From Klebsormidium nitens (lineage: Eukaryota > Plantae > Klebsormidiophyceae), in contig DF237194.1 in assembly GCA_000708835.1 (NCBI GenBank), positions 23,317 to 87,316 of the forward strand: a DNA stretch of 64,000 nucleotides, read 5' to 3'. Below, in pieces: positions 12,745 through 25,100 of this stretch. The translations under genes were made by a program, and so were the position numbers. The notes under the pieces are model-generated. The model saw nothing but the letters and a program-made list of their open reading frames with translations. It did not search any database and was not told where the DNA came from. Position 1 is the first letter of the stretch; every line of letters starts with the position of its first letter.

Positions 12745-14555
12745 TCAAGGCTCAAGACGCACTTCGAACCACTGAATAGTTCCCTGTCCAGCCCCTAATT
12801 GCAGCTCGCATGCAGTCCCCACGAGATAGTCTAAAGCTTCGTCTATCGAAGCAAAACTAGCTAAGTCATCTGGCAAGCTCTTTCCGGGCCAGTTCTCTAA
12901 GTAAGGCCTCAGCTTCTCTTTCAACTCGACTTGAGAAACAAACGTTTCGTCTTGATCTGGTTCGAGCAGTACGAAATTGTCGGCGATATCAAACATGAAT
13001 GCTTTTCCTGATCCTCGGGCTTCAATCTGCAGTATTGGACCCAGAATTGCTCGGACTTTGATACGTGCTGATTGATGAAACGATTCGAAGGCACAAGCAA
13101 AACACATAGCAATCTCTAGAGTCGTTCCTCCTTGGCAGATTAACAAGCACTTACGCAACGAACTGGTCAAACCAGCCTTCCAACAATACAAATGTTAGTA
13201 GACAACCGAATACATCCGAGTCCAGAGGGGCGTATATGAGAACCAAAGAGATGAAGACTTGGCTCGTCGTATTGGGATCGTCAGCAAAGGAAACGCTTCG
13301 AGTGTTTGAATCTTGCACGCAGGTATGTGATTTACCCTTTTGAAACAATCGCAGTAGATTCTTGGATTTGCTTCTAACCAACCAGGTACAGCTACGAGGA
13401 GACATTATGCATTGCAGACACCAGAGTGTCAAAAGTAGGTTGTTGACTGCTTGATGCAACACCTATGTATACACTCACCTTCAGAGCACCACCTGGCGGC
13501 GGCCCGTTCCGTCGCGCTTTCACAACCTCTTTTTCCCAGGTATGTGAGATACCTCTGCCTTGAATGCTTCTTTTCCTCCATGTGGCACACTTACTCAAGG
13601 ACCGGCCTACTGAAATTGGAAGATCTGCAGAACAGAATGTCCCTTTTCAACTCTGTCAGGAGCGAACGTCAAGAAACAGCCAATCGAGGGGTTTCAACCA
13701 CAGCATGGAGGAAGTATGATACCAGATTGTACCTACCCATACCAACTCTTGACAAGACATTGTAATCATGATATTTCCGCCAGATATCATGGAGAACTCT
13801 ACCCAAATGACAAGGCAATGAAAAGATTTCATACGGTGTAGTTGAAGTACCTATCACTCTAGCTAGGCACAAGCTTAGAAACTACTTCACAAGTCCCCCA
13901 CCCCCAATGGACTGGCGAAGTAAAGCGTCAATGAGGCCCATGCCAAAAGAATTATGCCCCCAGCAGGGGCCTAACATGACCCCGAATCTGCACTCGAATC
14001 ACACTAGAAACTCAAGTTGCACATGGTGAGCGCATGTGCTGAGCGGGCGCTAAAGATTGTCAAAAAGCAGACCATGCCTGCTTGATATCAAGCACATACA
14101 ATGCTTGGCACTTATCTGATGCACACTCTTTTGGCACGTTCTCAGCGCCAATTGTAGAGGGCTGAGGTTTCCAAAATAGGATTCTTTGTTTGAGAGGTTT
14201 TTGCATCAATGGAAAAGCGGGACCAGTGAAAGCAATTCCAGAATCAGGGCAACAGTTGAATGTCGTTCAGAATTTGTATGACGTAGTGGTGGCAGTCTCG
14301 TCCATTCATCAATCATTTCAAGATCCAGAGTTTGCAGACTATGCTCACAGCTCATTTAGAAGAACTCTCATTTACTCCTCTATGATTCATACAAAGAAGT
14401 GAGAAGGTCAGAAACTTACGATGCCGCCGCGCTGTGCAGAATTGAGAATGTGAAGCAGCGGCCACGCCATGGCTTCTATGCTGCTGGTCCTGCAGAACAT
14501 GGACGGTTTCTATAGAGCAAAACTGCCCCACTTTGATGCCAAGACAAGCCGCCAT
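12745..14555 (-). CDS. CRR7: Chlororespiratory reduction 7 (plastid NDH complex assembly factor)
   Basis: The exon ending at 12745 encodes DNFVLLEPDQDETFVSQVELKEKLRPYLENWPGKSLPDDLASFASIDEALDYLVGTACELQLGAGQGTIQWFEVRLEP*, which matches the CRR7 family pattern as I recall it. Proposed join is 14555-14420 (ATG, donor C|gtaagt) plus 13067-12745, phase-compatible and about 152 aa. The first exon is tentative. Confidence 0.85.
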
Positions 14556-14745
14556 CGGGAAGGACAAGTCCTCTGCCAGCTTTGCTTTCTGCAAAATCGA
14601 AATGTCTTGCACCACATTTCTCTAGTCGATCAGGGCAACTTGCCGAACCCTGCACCTTAACCATTATCTGTGTTAACCCTCGGGTTATGTCAGTCGGATA
14701 CGCTGTCTGTGACTCCCTCAAACTTCAAAGTTCAAGGGCTCGAAA

Positions 14746-14758
14746 CCCTAACCCTAGT
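14746..14758. promoter_or_regulatory. Telo-box-like element (AAACCCTAA) in the divergent CRR7 / PhyH promoter
   Basis: aaaccctaaccctag lies between the head-to-head starts at ~14555 (-) and 15123 (+). The telo-box is an established plant cis-element; function here is inferred. Confidence 0.4.
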
Positions 14759-15122
14759 AGTCTCACTGCAGCATTTTGATCAGCTAGCTAGGGCCAGCTA
14801 GTGCGCTCTGGGACCCTTCGCCATTGGCGGCTTGGGAGGAGGTGGGAATTCTTTGTAAGCACTGCGTTGGAAGCTGTACAAACGACCATTGGTGCTGCAA
14901 ACCCTCTTCTAGGGGAATCCAAATGAAGCAGCAAAAACGTCCTTGAGAATCCTCTTCGGTGCTCCTTTAGAAGGACGCATCCCTCACGTTAATTGCCCCG
15001 ATTGAACTCAACATTGTTCGCTTCGAGCCTGTTGTGAAACCTCTGGGCATCAAAGGGATGACTCGGAATCAAAACTGCATCTGCGGGACATTGAAATAAG
15101 CGCCCAGCTTTTGTTGCAGTCA

Positions 15123-17904
15123 ATGGCAGGCTGTAGCACATGCACCACTAGCTATAATTCTTCTTTCAATATTTACCAGGCTCATCCAAGAGGCCTCCGA
15201 GAGACGTCCCAGTCCTGCTCTTTTGCTGCTTCCTCAGCCTCATCTCAGAGCCTTCCTGAAGCAATCTGGAGAACCAATCACCCCAGCTTTATCAATCAGA
15301 TTCGTCCATCTCACCCGCACTTTTGCAGCCGGAGGCCGCACCCTTTGCAGGACCGTCGTTCAAGAAAAGCAACTGTGATTCTTGCAAGGAGTGGTGCAAC
15401 GATGGATCAAACTGAAGTAAAAGTACATCCCGCTCAATCAGCTGTCAACTCTACATTGCTGGGGGTTAAAAGCGTCCTGACAGCAAGTCAGAAGGCGCAG
15501 TTCGACAGAGATGGCTTCATCATAGTGAGGAACCTTCTTGACCAGGTAAGGCTGCAAACCAGATATACTACCTGGTCCCTTGTCCTCTGGTGTCAACAAA
15601 CTCTTAGGAATTTGTCTTCGTCAGATTGGTCCACAGAGAATGCCAAAGACGCTGGCTTTCAGAATTCCTTTTCAGAAGCTTCCCCCCTTCCCTTGTGGCT
15701 CTTCAAAAGAAAGCCTGGCCTAAGAGCAGTAGTAAACTTCGTTTTGCAACAGGCGACACAATCTGGTAAACTCAATCATGGTTGGTCCTCGAATCGTGTA
15801 CCTTAACCAATGATCGCGGGCCCTCATTTATGAGCGAGGGCCTAGGAATTTTCGCTTTCTATTCTAGGGCAGGCCATGCACACTTCACTAGTCATTTGAC
15901 GTGAGGAGCCCTCAAGACAACAAGCTCTAGAAGAAGCCCTTGAGGCCAGAATTGAATAGCCCCTTTTAATCTCCTTGTTTCCATGTACTTGTCATCGTTG
16001 AGTCCTGGGCTGCCTTATTCATTGTAATCAAGTCGCGACATCGCCTTTGTCTGCACGAAAACACGGACATCCTCGATTGCACCGCCAGCTTTGATTGGAC
16101 GTTCTGATTGACGTTCTCTCTTTTCCCTCCCCCAGTTTCACAGTACGGTTTCTTTTTCTAGAATCATTGCTCCACTTATTGTCGTCTGCAGGAAGAAACG
16201 GACATCCTCGTACGCACCGCCAAGTCCGACCCGGCGTTCAAACAGCACGCGCACGGAGTCGCTGACCCCGACGGAAAGAAAGTGAAGATGGCGCTCTGGA
16301 ACCACCCCTCGGACGACGTCTACGGGACCATCTCACGGCTTCCGAAAGTCGTCGATACTCTGGAGCACTTACTGGGGGACGAGGTGGGTTGGATAAGTTT
16401 GAAAAGCGAAAAAAAGGAAAACAAGAGGAGGAGAAAATCGCGGTTGATTCGTCAGCCATTTTCTCGACGTGCTGGAGTGCGTTTGAGTGCGAAAGGCTAC
16501 AATCTTGGGCTGATTTAAAACAGCTCAGACTTCTTGTCGCTTCTGCAGATTCTTGAAACAGCCGACTGCTGGACTGTATCCCGCTTGCACCCATGAAATT
16601 TGTTGCCAGGATTCCTCTGGGGGTCTTTCGTTTCTCTTACGGATTGATCGGACGCAAATATGTGATTTTTCCAAGCCCTTCGACCCATGCTACGGGTCGT
16701 CTTGTCCGTCTTCCCATCTCAAACTTTCACACCTTCCTCAGGCATTGGTGCAATCCTGACGAGTTTCGCCAAGGATTGTAAATGCTGGATTCGCTCTCAC
16801 GCTTGCCTTTTTCAAACTTCGCAGGTGTACCACTACCATTCGAAGATGGTGATTAAGGAGCCGTTCACTGGGGGTTCGTTTTGCTGGCACCAGGACTACG
16901 GGTACTGGTACCTCAACGGGTGTCTCTTCCCGGACATGGGCTCGGTTATGGTTGCAGTGGACCCCAACACGAAGGAGAACGGCTGTTTGCAGGTGGGCTT
17001 TTCTTTCAGTTTCTGGTTACGCTTTGGATGTGAAGAACGATACCTCTCTTTTGGAAGGAGGGCCTGGAGCGTCGACGACTCCTTTTCGGGTTTGCGTAAA
17101 CCAGTGCTCAGTCCCGCTTATGGTTTTATGTCGAAGAGTGCGCTCAAAACTTGAGGTTCTAATCGGCTTGGGAGAAGAATCTTCGCAGAGATAGCAGAAG
17201 AGAGGGGCAGGAAACGCAGGTTGTCTGGTTGTTGCAGTAGTTTGGCGGCTACTTCATCGAAAGCCAGGCAACCTCCTTCTAGTCTGATCAGCTGGCCTCA
17301 GTGGTTGGTCAAACTCCACGGACTTGAGTCCTCCAATCATGGACCGGCCCAAGCTCTGCTGTTGGGTCAGATCAATCAAGAGTCGAGCTGCCACGTTCTC
17401 TGGAATCTATAGTACCCCGAAACTCCTGGACTCGAGGCACCTCCTGAAATATCGTGACACTTTTGCAAGTATATGTTGGGGAACGGCCTTGGATCGAGAA
17501 TTTGACAATATGCGTTCTTTCAGGTGCTGAAAGGGTCCCACCTGTTGGGCCGAGTCGAACACGGGCGGTACGGCGAACAAACGGGTGCGGACCCGGAGCG
17601 GTGTGAACAGGCCCAAAAAGCGCTTGAGCTGGTTTACTGTGAAATGGCCCCAGGGGACGCGCTCTTCTTCCATTGCAACACGTTGCACCGCTCCCAGGCG
17701 AACACGTCACCCCACCCTCGATGGTCGCTTTTGTGTTGTTACAATACCAAGCACAATAACCCGTATAAGGAGTCGCATCACCCGTTTTACGAACCGTTGG
17801 TTAAAGCCCAAGAGGATGCAGTGCGGAGGTATGGGGTGCGGCAGGCGGAGGTTGGAAAGCGGTTTTGGCATCCCTCGGAGGATAAGACCGTAGGGGCCGA
17901 TTAG
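15123..17904 (+). CDS. PhyH-family 2-oxoglutarate/Fe(II) dioxygenase (phytanoyl-CoA dioxygenase / proline trans-4-hydroxylase-like), probably plastid-targeted, 4 exons
   Basis: Exons 15123-15545, 16192-16383, 16825-16992, 17524-17904, all phase 0 with GT-AG. Motifs: [14 protein letters not shown]; [12 protein letters not shown]; HxD in WHQDYGYW; [13 protein letters not shown]; distal His in [15 protein letters not shown]; 2OG-binding R in PRWSLLCCY. An alternative start lies at 15402. Confidence 0.9.
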
Positions 17905-18796
17905 GCTCTGTCTGACTCTGTCGATGTTTTCGCAACAAGGTGATAGATGTAAAGTAGCGACTACAAGGTTGAGCATTAGCTTCTGATAGTGGTTGCTCGA
18001 ATCGCTGGACCATGCAAGCTAACGCGTTGCATGAGGAGAGCACTAAGTAGCGAATTGGTCAAGTCCACATACATGTATTTAAGATTCCATCGTACAGTAG
18101 CTAAAGACGGCGACCAGACTTCGAGGACTGGTCGGACCGTCATGGCTGTAGCTCTTCTTTGACCGCATTCTCCTAACCGACCTGTTTGATCATGTTGGAC
18201 CTGAACTTTCACAGTATAGTCAAGGTACACCATCGTCAAATTCGTTGGGATTCAGCTTTCAGGTGGGCGGCTTGCATGTATGTCACGGTGTTCAACGGTG
18301 GGCGCCCACTGCGCCCGGCATGCACACGGATGACGCGTGCAGCCTTAAAGCTGCTAGCTGGCGAGCGACGCGCCAAAACCTACTAAGCATGCAGCATGTG
18401 CTAGTCGCGCCGACATAGAGGCCCGGGCGTGCATGTCATGATATATATCCAGTGCAGGCGTGTAGGGATGCGTAAACTCATTCTTGCAAACGTTCAATAT
18501 GTAAAAATTACGATGAGGATACGTGTTGGGTACGTACTATCATGAACGGTACCTCTCGGGGCGGCAGGGCGGAGCTCTCATGGCATGGTTTTTAGTATAA
18601 GTCCATGAGCTAGGAACCTACGCGGGCCCTCGCAACAGCCTCAAGCACAGCGCGCGCACGCGCGCAACCGGGCGGCCAGGCCGGCAAGCTGGCACATTGT
18701 GGCCACCATCACGCACACAGGCATTGAAGGTCATGTCATTGCATGTGTCATTGAATGATAGGTACGAAGTAGCCAACTCGGGTTCAAGAAACTCTT

Positions 18797-18900
18797 CTTT
18801 GATCATTTGGAGTGAGGTCAGACGTCCATTTGGAAAAAGTAACGTCCACTTTGATCATTTCGAGTGAGGTCAAACGTCCATTTGGAAAACGAGACGTCCA
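18797..18900. repeat. 52-bp direct tandem duplication downstream of the VPS45 stop
   Basis: ctttgatcattt(g/c)gagtgaggtca(g/a)acgtccatttggaaaa...acgtcca occurs twice, at 18797-18848 and 18849-18900. Confidence 0.95.
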
Positions 18901-19168
18901 CAGGCTGCTCAGAAAGGCCGTACTCAAACACTTTCGATCATGGTCGAAGAGGCAGGCCCGGCCCTTGATACGAGCTAGCCCCTTTAACGAGAAGCTTACT
19001 TGCAAGCTGGTGGGGTTGAATATGTTACACATACTACGGGCCGGGCCTTTGACACTTTGCAAACGTTGATGGCAAGCGTCAAGTTGCTGGTCTGTGGACT
19101 TCACAGTGGACCGGCCTCAGTCAAGAAGACAGGAAACGGTGCCAACTAAGCGCCAGGGCCAACACAAC

Positions 19169-22100
19169 TTATACAAGGTCGCTCGTCCTTTCTAGCCGGT
19201 ACACTTCTTCCAGGTCGGAAAGGAAGCTGCACAGACAAAAGCTTCGTAAGAGTGCTAGCAATCTAGAAAAACGAACCGGATCTGATCTGAGAGCGGGTCA
19301 CGCTCGAGTGCGCCGACGGCAAGCAATTGCTGTTGGGGGTTTTTTTTTTCCTGTTTTCATCTTGCGAAGCTGAAGATCAAATGTCGAAAACGAAGAAAAC
19401 ACTCCGAAGAAACTTTTAACGCAAGACGACAAGCACTTTCGAATGATGCCTGCACCAATGTGTCCTGCCTTTCTGACGAACTAGACGCTTTCACCAACTC
19501 CAAGATTGGACGTACGAGACGGAAGCATCGCAGCAATTTCCGTCTTGCTTCTCAGCAGATTTAGTATTGCGTCGAAAGACTGACCTCGCAGAGTTGTGCA
19601 CGACGGTGCCCCCCAGGACAAACTTGACGCCGCTCGCGGTGTTGTTTTGGAGGGCCACAGCGCGCGACTCCTCGTACGTGGACCCGCCCACGATGAAAAC
19701 GACCACGTCCTGCGGCCTGCGAGCGAGAAGATGCGGTATCAGAAATAGCAACCGGACAGATTCTGTCAAAACGGATAACGGATGGAGCGAGAAAAAGGTA
19801 TTCCAGGCAATCCTAGCGAGTCGCGTTGGCTACAATTTTAGGAGTCGACGGCTGAGTCTGCCAGTAAGACCTTGTTGGACCGTCCATCTGAAGGGTTCCA
19901 ACCGAGGGCAATTGTCGAAAGTGACCGACCGGGAGGCGTTCTCCTTCCATCCGTTCTGTCAGCCCGGAAACTAAAAGCGACGCGATCCTCAAAAAGAAGT
20001 CAACAAACAGAATTTCAATTCGGACACACGTCGATCAGCGTTGAAGCCTGTCATTGAGAAACTTTTGAAAGTTTAAGGGCTTCCTTCCCATCTACGTGCC
20101 GGCGGGCATGTAAACGAACGAGTTGACCGATCCTTCGACACGCCCTTTCAACATTTTCACACTTTCCCTTTTCGTCAGATATAGGGAGAGCAGTCAATTC
20201 CGCTTGATGCGGCTCTTAACCTAGGTACGGAATCTCTCCTTGCCGCCAAATACCCATTGAGTGCTCATTTCGGGGTTAATCACCGTTCTTAATCAAGACC
20301 TTCCCCACAGTTCCTGCAAGCAATTTTTTTCTGCCGGCAGGAGCGTAGTGGCTCCCAACGAACGGGTATTCTACGTCCTCAAGCCGCCCCTTTGTAAAGG
20401 CCCCCGTAGCAGATTGCTTTCCATCGCCCACTTCCGTCTCTACATCATTTGCTCCAATCGCAGACAACGTCCCTTTTCGTCCTCTCGGATCAAGGGGAAA
20501 GTATTACCTGCCGGCAGGCGCATAATGGCTCCCAACGAGCGGTTAGTCCACGTCCTTGAGCCAGCCTACTGCCACGTTCTCCCTATGCTTTCCTTACTGT
20601 CACCTTCTTCATTTTCCCTTCTTGCCTTACAGAAAGCGATAAATCTTATCTCATCCCCCAAACCGAATAACAAGTCTCACCTGCCAGCAGGCGCGTAGTG
20701 GCTCCCAACGAACGGATAGTCCACGTCCTTGAGCCGCCCCTTCGCAATATTTTCCATGGTTTGCGTCAGCAGCGGCTGGTGCTGCGTGTACACGTTCTCC
20801 ACGCCCTTGAGCCCCCGGGCAATGTTGCGCGCCCGGTTGATGAAGTCCCGGTTCATGTACAGGTCGCCCGTGCGCTTCTCCACGCCCGCATGCCGCAGCA
20901 AAGTGTAGACCAGCTGAGGAAAGGGACCCGGCGAGTATTAGACCGGTTGTTTAAAGGAACAGAAATTTCTTTCACACAGTGTGTTGTGAAAAGATATACT
21001 GGGAGCTTTGCGATGGTCCCTCGTCCACTTTTTACGCCCATGTGTCCCTTCCCTTTCGTGCAAAAGGAAAGGGACCCGGCGAATCAGACCGTTTGGTTCG
21101 AAGAGTGGCGTGTAGAGATTGTGTAGAATGTTTCGGCAAATATTCGCCGAGCAAACGTTCTCGGCTGGCTTGTACTCCCTAAGCCGGATCTTAACGCTGG
21201 CATAGCTGCTTCTAAGCTTTGATCAATGACGGGCCATCTCCACCCCCTAAGTACTGGGAAGAAACCTGAGAGGATTAATAAAACGTTTGCAAAGCCCCCT
21301 GGTACATGAATACATTCCAGAGAGGAAGGCCCAATGAAAATGCCCAGTTGACTCACGGCTGGTTTGTACTTGCTAGGCCGGCTGCTGAGCTTGGTCATGA
21401 GCTGCTCCAGCTGTCGCGGATTCTCCTTCTCGTAGCGCAACGCATAGAGCAGCACGAGCCGTAGCCGGTCCACGTCGCCCACCTTCTCGTTGTCCAGCTG
21501 AGTGGACACCTGGCAAGAAAAGGAACAATCTGATCGAGGTTGAGCCCCTTAGAGTAATTTAAAAGGCAACCCAGAACCTACGAAGACAAGGACATGGCCT
21601 AGAATCTAATAAGAGACAGCAAGACAAAAATGGGGCCAAAGAGGCTTCAGCGTAAGTACAGCGGAACGCTCAGGTCAACAATTGCAGTCATACCAAGAAA
21701 CTGTCAGTTCTGCGAATCATTTTAGCTTGACCAGTAGCACTGAGTAGTCAGGGACTGATACCGGAAGACAACTCCTAGAGAGCCAAAAAACCATAAGAGA
21801 TCGTAAAATCCAGCTGCGTCAACGCTTGGGATGAGAGCCGCAGCCCTCGATCAACAACAACTGTCTGCATCGCCTTCCAGTCGATACCCACCTTCTCAAA
21901 GGCGAATTCCGGACATTCTCGATCATCAAGGGTTCTGAGCCTTCGAAACGCCCTCGACTCCGTCAAATACCAGTATCTTAAAGAGAGCCGTTGGTACGTA
22001 CCTCCTCAAACGCAGTCGCCTGGCTCGCGGTGCACGCCAGGTCCTGCTCGATTTGCGACACGCTCATGAGGATGCGCTCGTCCACGATGCGGCTCAGCTC

Positions 22101-25100
22101 CGACATGAGCGACACGTGCTTCGACACGTTGCCCGACTTCTTGCGGAACTCGGGGTAGTTCTCCACGAAGCGCGCCATGTCCTCTGGCAAATGGTGAGGA
22201 AAGGGTTTGCACTCGTAAGTGTTTATGGTGACTTATCTGAATTTTCTTGTAAGGGCTACGGACAAGAAAAAACCTCTCAGGAAAACGAGAAGGATTGAGC
22301 GGGCCTAGGGGTCCTTCTCCACAAAGCGCGCCATGTCCTCTGCAGCGGATTAACGAAGGGGTTAAGTGGTTGCATTTCCTAAGTCAATGTGATAATTTCA
22401 TTGAAATTCCTTGTAAGTGCTACCGACCAGAAAAGGACCTTCAGAACATTGAGAATGATTAAGCAGGTCTCTAAGTCCTTCTTCACGAAGTGCGCCATGT
22501 CCTCTGCAGTATACAAGCCACCAGTATCAGTTGGAAAATCTGGTAACCAGTCAAATTCCAGTCACCACGCGCAGACTAGCTCTCAGCCCTCTTGATCTGA
22601 GGACAGCCCATAAAAAATGGGTTTCCCAAGAAAATGCTTTGGAGAGTCAGTTTCCGGGCCCCAGAACTGTTCTCAAGATCGACCGGCATTGAATGCAGAG
22701 AACCAAAAGTTCCGTATCGGTCGAAAAAGAGGGGGAAGAAGATAGAAAAGCAAAGGATTGCATGAGGAAGAAGCTTGGCTTCTTTGAAAGGCGAAAAATA
22801 GGCCCTGTCCCCTGAGATCTTCTTGCTCGGCACAGTCGATACTGTCACGAACAGCATCACCTCCAGTGTCAAGGTGCCCGGGTGCGAAACGAACGTTGGT
22901 ACAAGCAGGGATAAAATCGTTGAGAAGTACGGCCACTAAGGATGCCCTATTGAGGGGCAACCCTAAAGTAAGCAGGGGAGCAGCCAAGGAGAACCAGAGC
23001 TCAACAAAAGTGTCGAGCTGTTGACGACGAACTCACGCAGGGTTTGCAGGTTCTGGTTGGAGCGCGACTGCGCTTGGAACTCGTCGACCATCTTCTTGAT
23101 ATTCGCCCCGAGGTCGCCAAAGTTCTCGTACCTGGAAGGAAAGAAGCGTGCAACAATCAGCTTTGAAGCTTCCTTAGAAATAAAGTTAAATTACGTAGAA
23201 GACGGTTTTGTCAGTAGATGGTGCAACTTCCATCCTGATAAAGCTACTCTTACGAGCGTGTCTGCAGAACCATCACAAAGGATGAGATTCACTTCTTTCT
23301 TGCACACTTTTCGAGACCAAAAGCTTCCTGTGAGCAAGTGCCACGTGTCACGCACATGTTGGCCTTGAAGAACGCGTCCTGCTCTTGTGACAGCACGAGC
23401 TGCTGCGCCTCGGTTTTCGCCTTCGCGCCCGTCGGGGGGCCCAAGTCCACCCGGTTGTCCTCCAACCCAATCAGCTCGTGCACCATGGCCTGCAAGAAAA
23501 AGTGCCCGGTGGAAAGGTCAGGTTGCACGGTTAGTGGGGAGAAGTACCCGGTTAATATGGGAAAAGTACCCGGTTATATGGGAGAGGTGCCCGGTTGCTC
23601 GGGACAAGCGTGGCCGCGGGTGGGCTTTGTCAGGCTTTGGTGGGTAAAAAGCGTGTCCGCTTGGTGAGGAGTGAGAGTGCCCGATTATAGGTGAAAGAGA
23701 TGCCCGTTTGCTCTGGACTAGAATCTTCGCGTGGGGAGGTTGTAATGCTTGGTTATTTGAAGAGCATTGACATGGAGAACCTGCCCCCGTTGGATTGTCG
23801 AAGCTAGGCACAACACTACTGAGGGGGAGGACGTGCAGAAGATTACTGCTTGAAGATAGACTCTACGATATCGCATGTCCTTGTGCTCGTTCCGGAGACA
23901 ATACCTCTTTCGCAAACAATCACTGACACGAAACCAGCACCTCGAAACTTCATTCACGAGAGCAGGTTAGCCTGCAATTCTCATCTCACGGTCTGGAAGT
24001 TGAAAAGCTCACCTGGTATGTCCATTGGTTAAGAAGCGGCGTCACCGGGTCATCTCGTCGGTCCAGCACCAACAGCAACGGCGTGTTGTCCCCTCGTCGG
24101 AAGTCAAACAAACCGCTCTCCTGTTCGTACATCAGCTTCTGCAAGCAAAGGAAGGCGGAGCAAGAGTGCATCGGTCGACGGACTTTCAGGGGGCCTTAAG
24201 CTTTGGTGGCAATCTATAAGGACGAAGCAGATAAATTTTTGGCGACCATGTCTGAGGTAGACCGATAGGTAACAAGCCAGCGAGCGTATTGCAGGTCCCA
24301 GAGGATGTTGTCAGCCTGTTGCTTATGCAGGCTCGTCAAGATCGTTTAAGTATATGCATGTCCCCCCTGTGATATCTTGTGTGATCACCGTAAGAAGGAC
24401 CGTTCTATTCAGCCTGTCTAATGTTTCCGCGCCTTGGATCCAGAACTGACGGTCCTTTTCGCGCCCTGGCTGCAGAAGCGACGGTCCTTCTCGTGCAGAT
24501 CTTCAAAAGTCAGTCCAGTAAGGGAAGAGCTGCCCCTCAGCATCAAGAACGGTAGGTCTGAGCAGTTCAAGGAGGGACCTCGTAGCGCTCCAGCTTCAGC
24601 TTCTCTCAACCCTCAGAACGCACAAGCAAATCCAATCGAACCCCTTTAGCGCCCTTTCGAAACCTTCGACAACGGGAAGTACCCAATTCCACGTTTGATG
24701 CCAGCTCATGAGCTTCGACAAGCTCCAAAATCCACCCGACCTAGTTCCGACAGCCCACGGCGCTCCACTCAAGCGCTTGTTTCTCAAGCAGCACACCATA
24801 CCTTCCTTCCTAGCCTCGGAATCGTCTCATACGGCATAACCCAAGCAACCTGCGAGCCTCCCTCACCCCAACATCCGACGCTATCCTCCGCGCAATCTCC
24901 GAACTTCGCTGGTACCGAATCACAGGGCGCTTCTTGAGAGAGAGAAAGACGGAGGCAAGGCCCTCGACGATACGGTCCCCCGCTCGTTGACTGGCGTGGG
25001 GATCCATGACGGAGGGGACCATGCAGAGGTGGTTGGATGGGAGGTTGAGCGTGAAGTGGTACGGGTCGATGGCAAAGTAGTCGCCAAAGTACTCCTGTAA

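Noticed and set aside
13392-13598. Possible extra CRR7 exon (VVKARRNGPPPGGALK|gtgagt)
   Set aside because: It has a good donor, but the simpler two-exon model is phase-consistent and gives a typical length; this cannot be decided without transcripts.
23497-23720. Spaced short repeats considered as a CRISPR-like array
   Set aside because: Units are degenerate, nearly abutting, lack unique spacers and lie in a eukaryotic intron with no cas genes.
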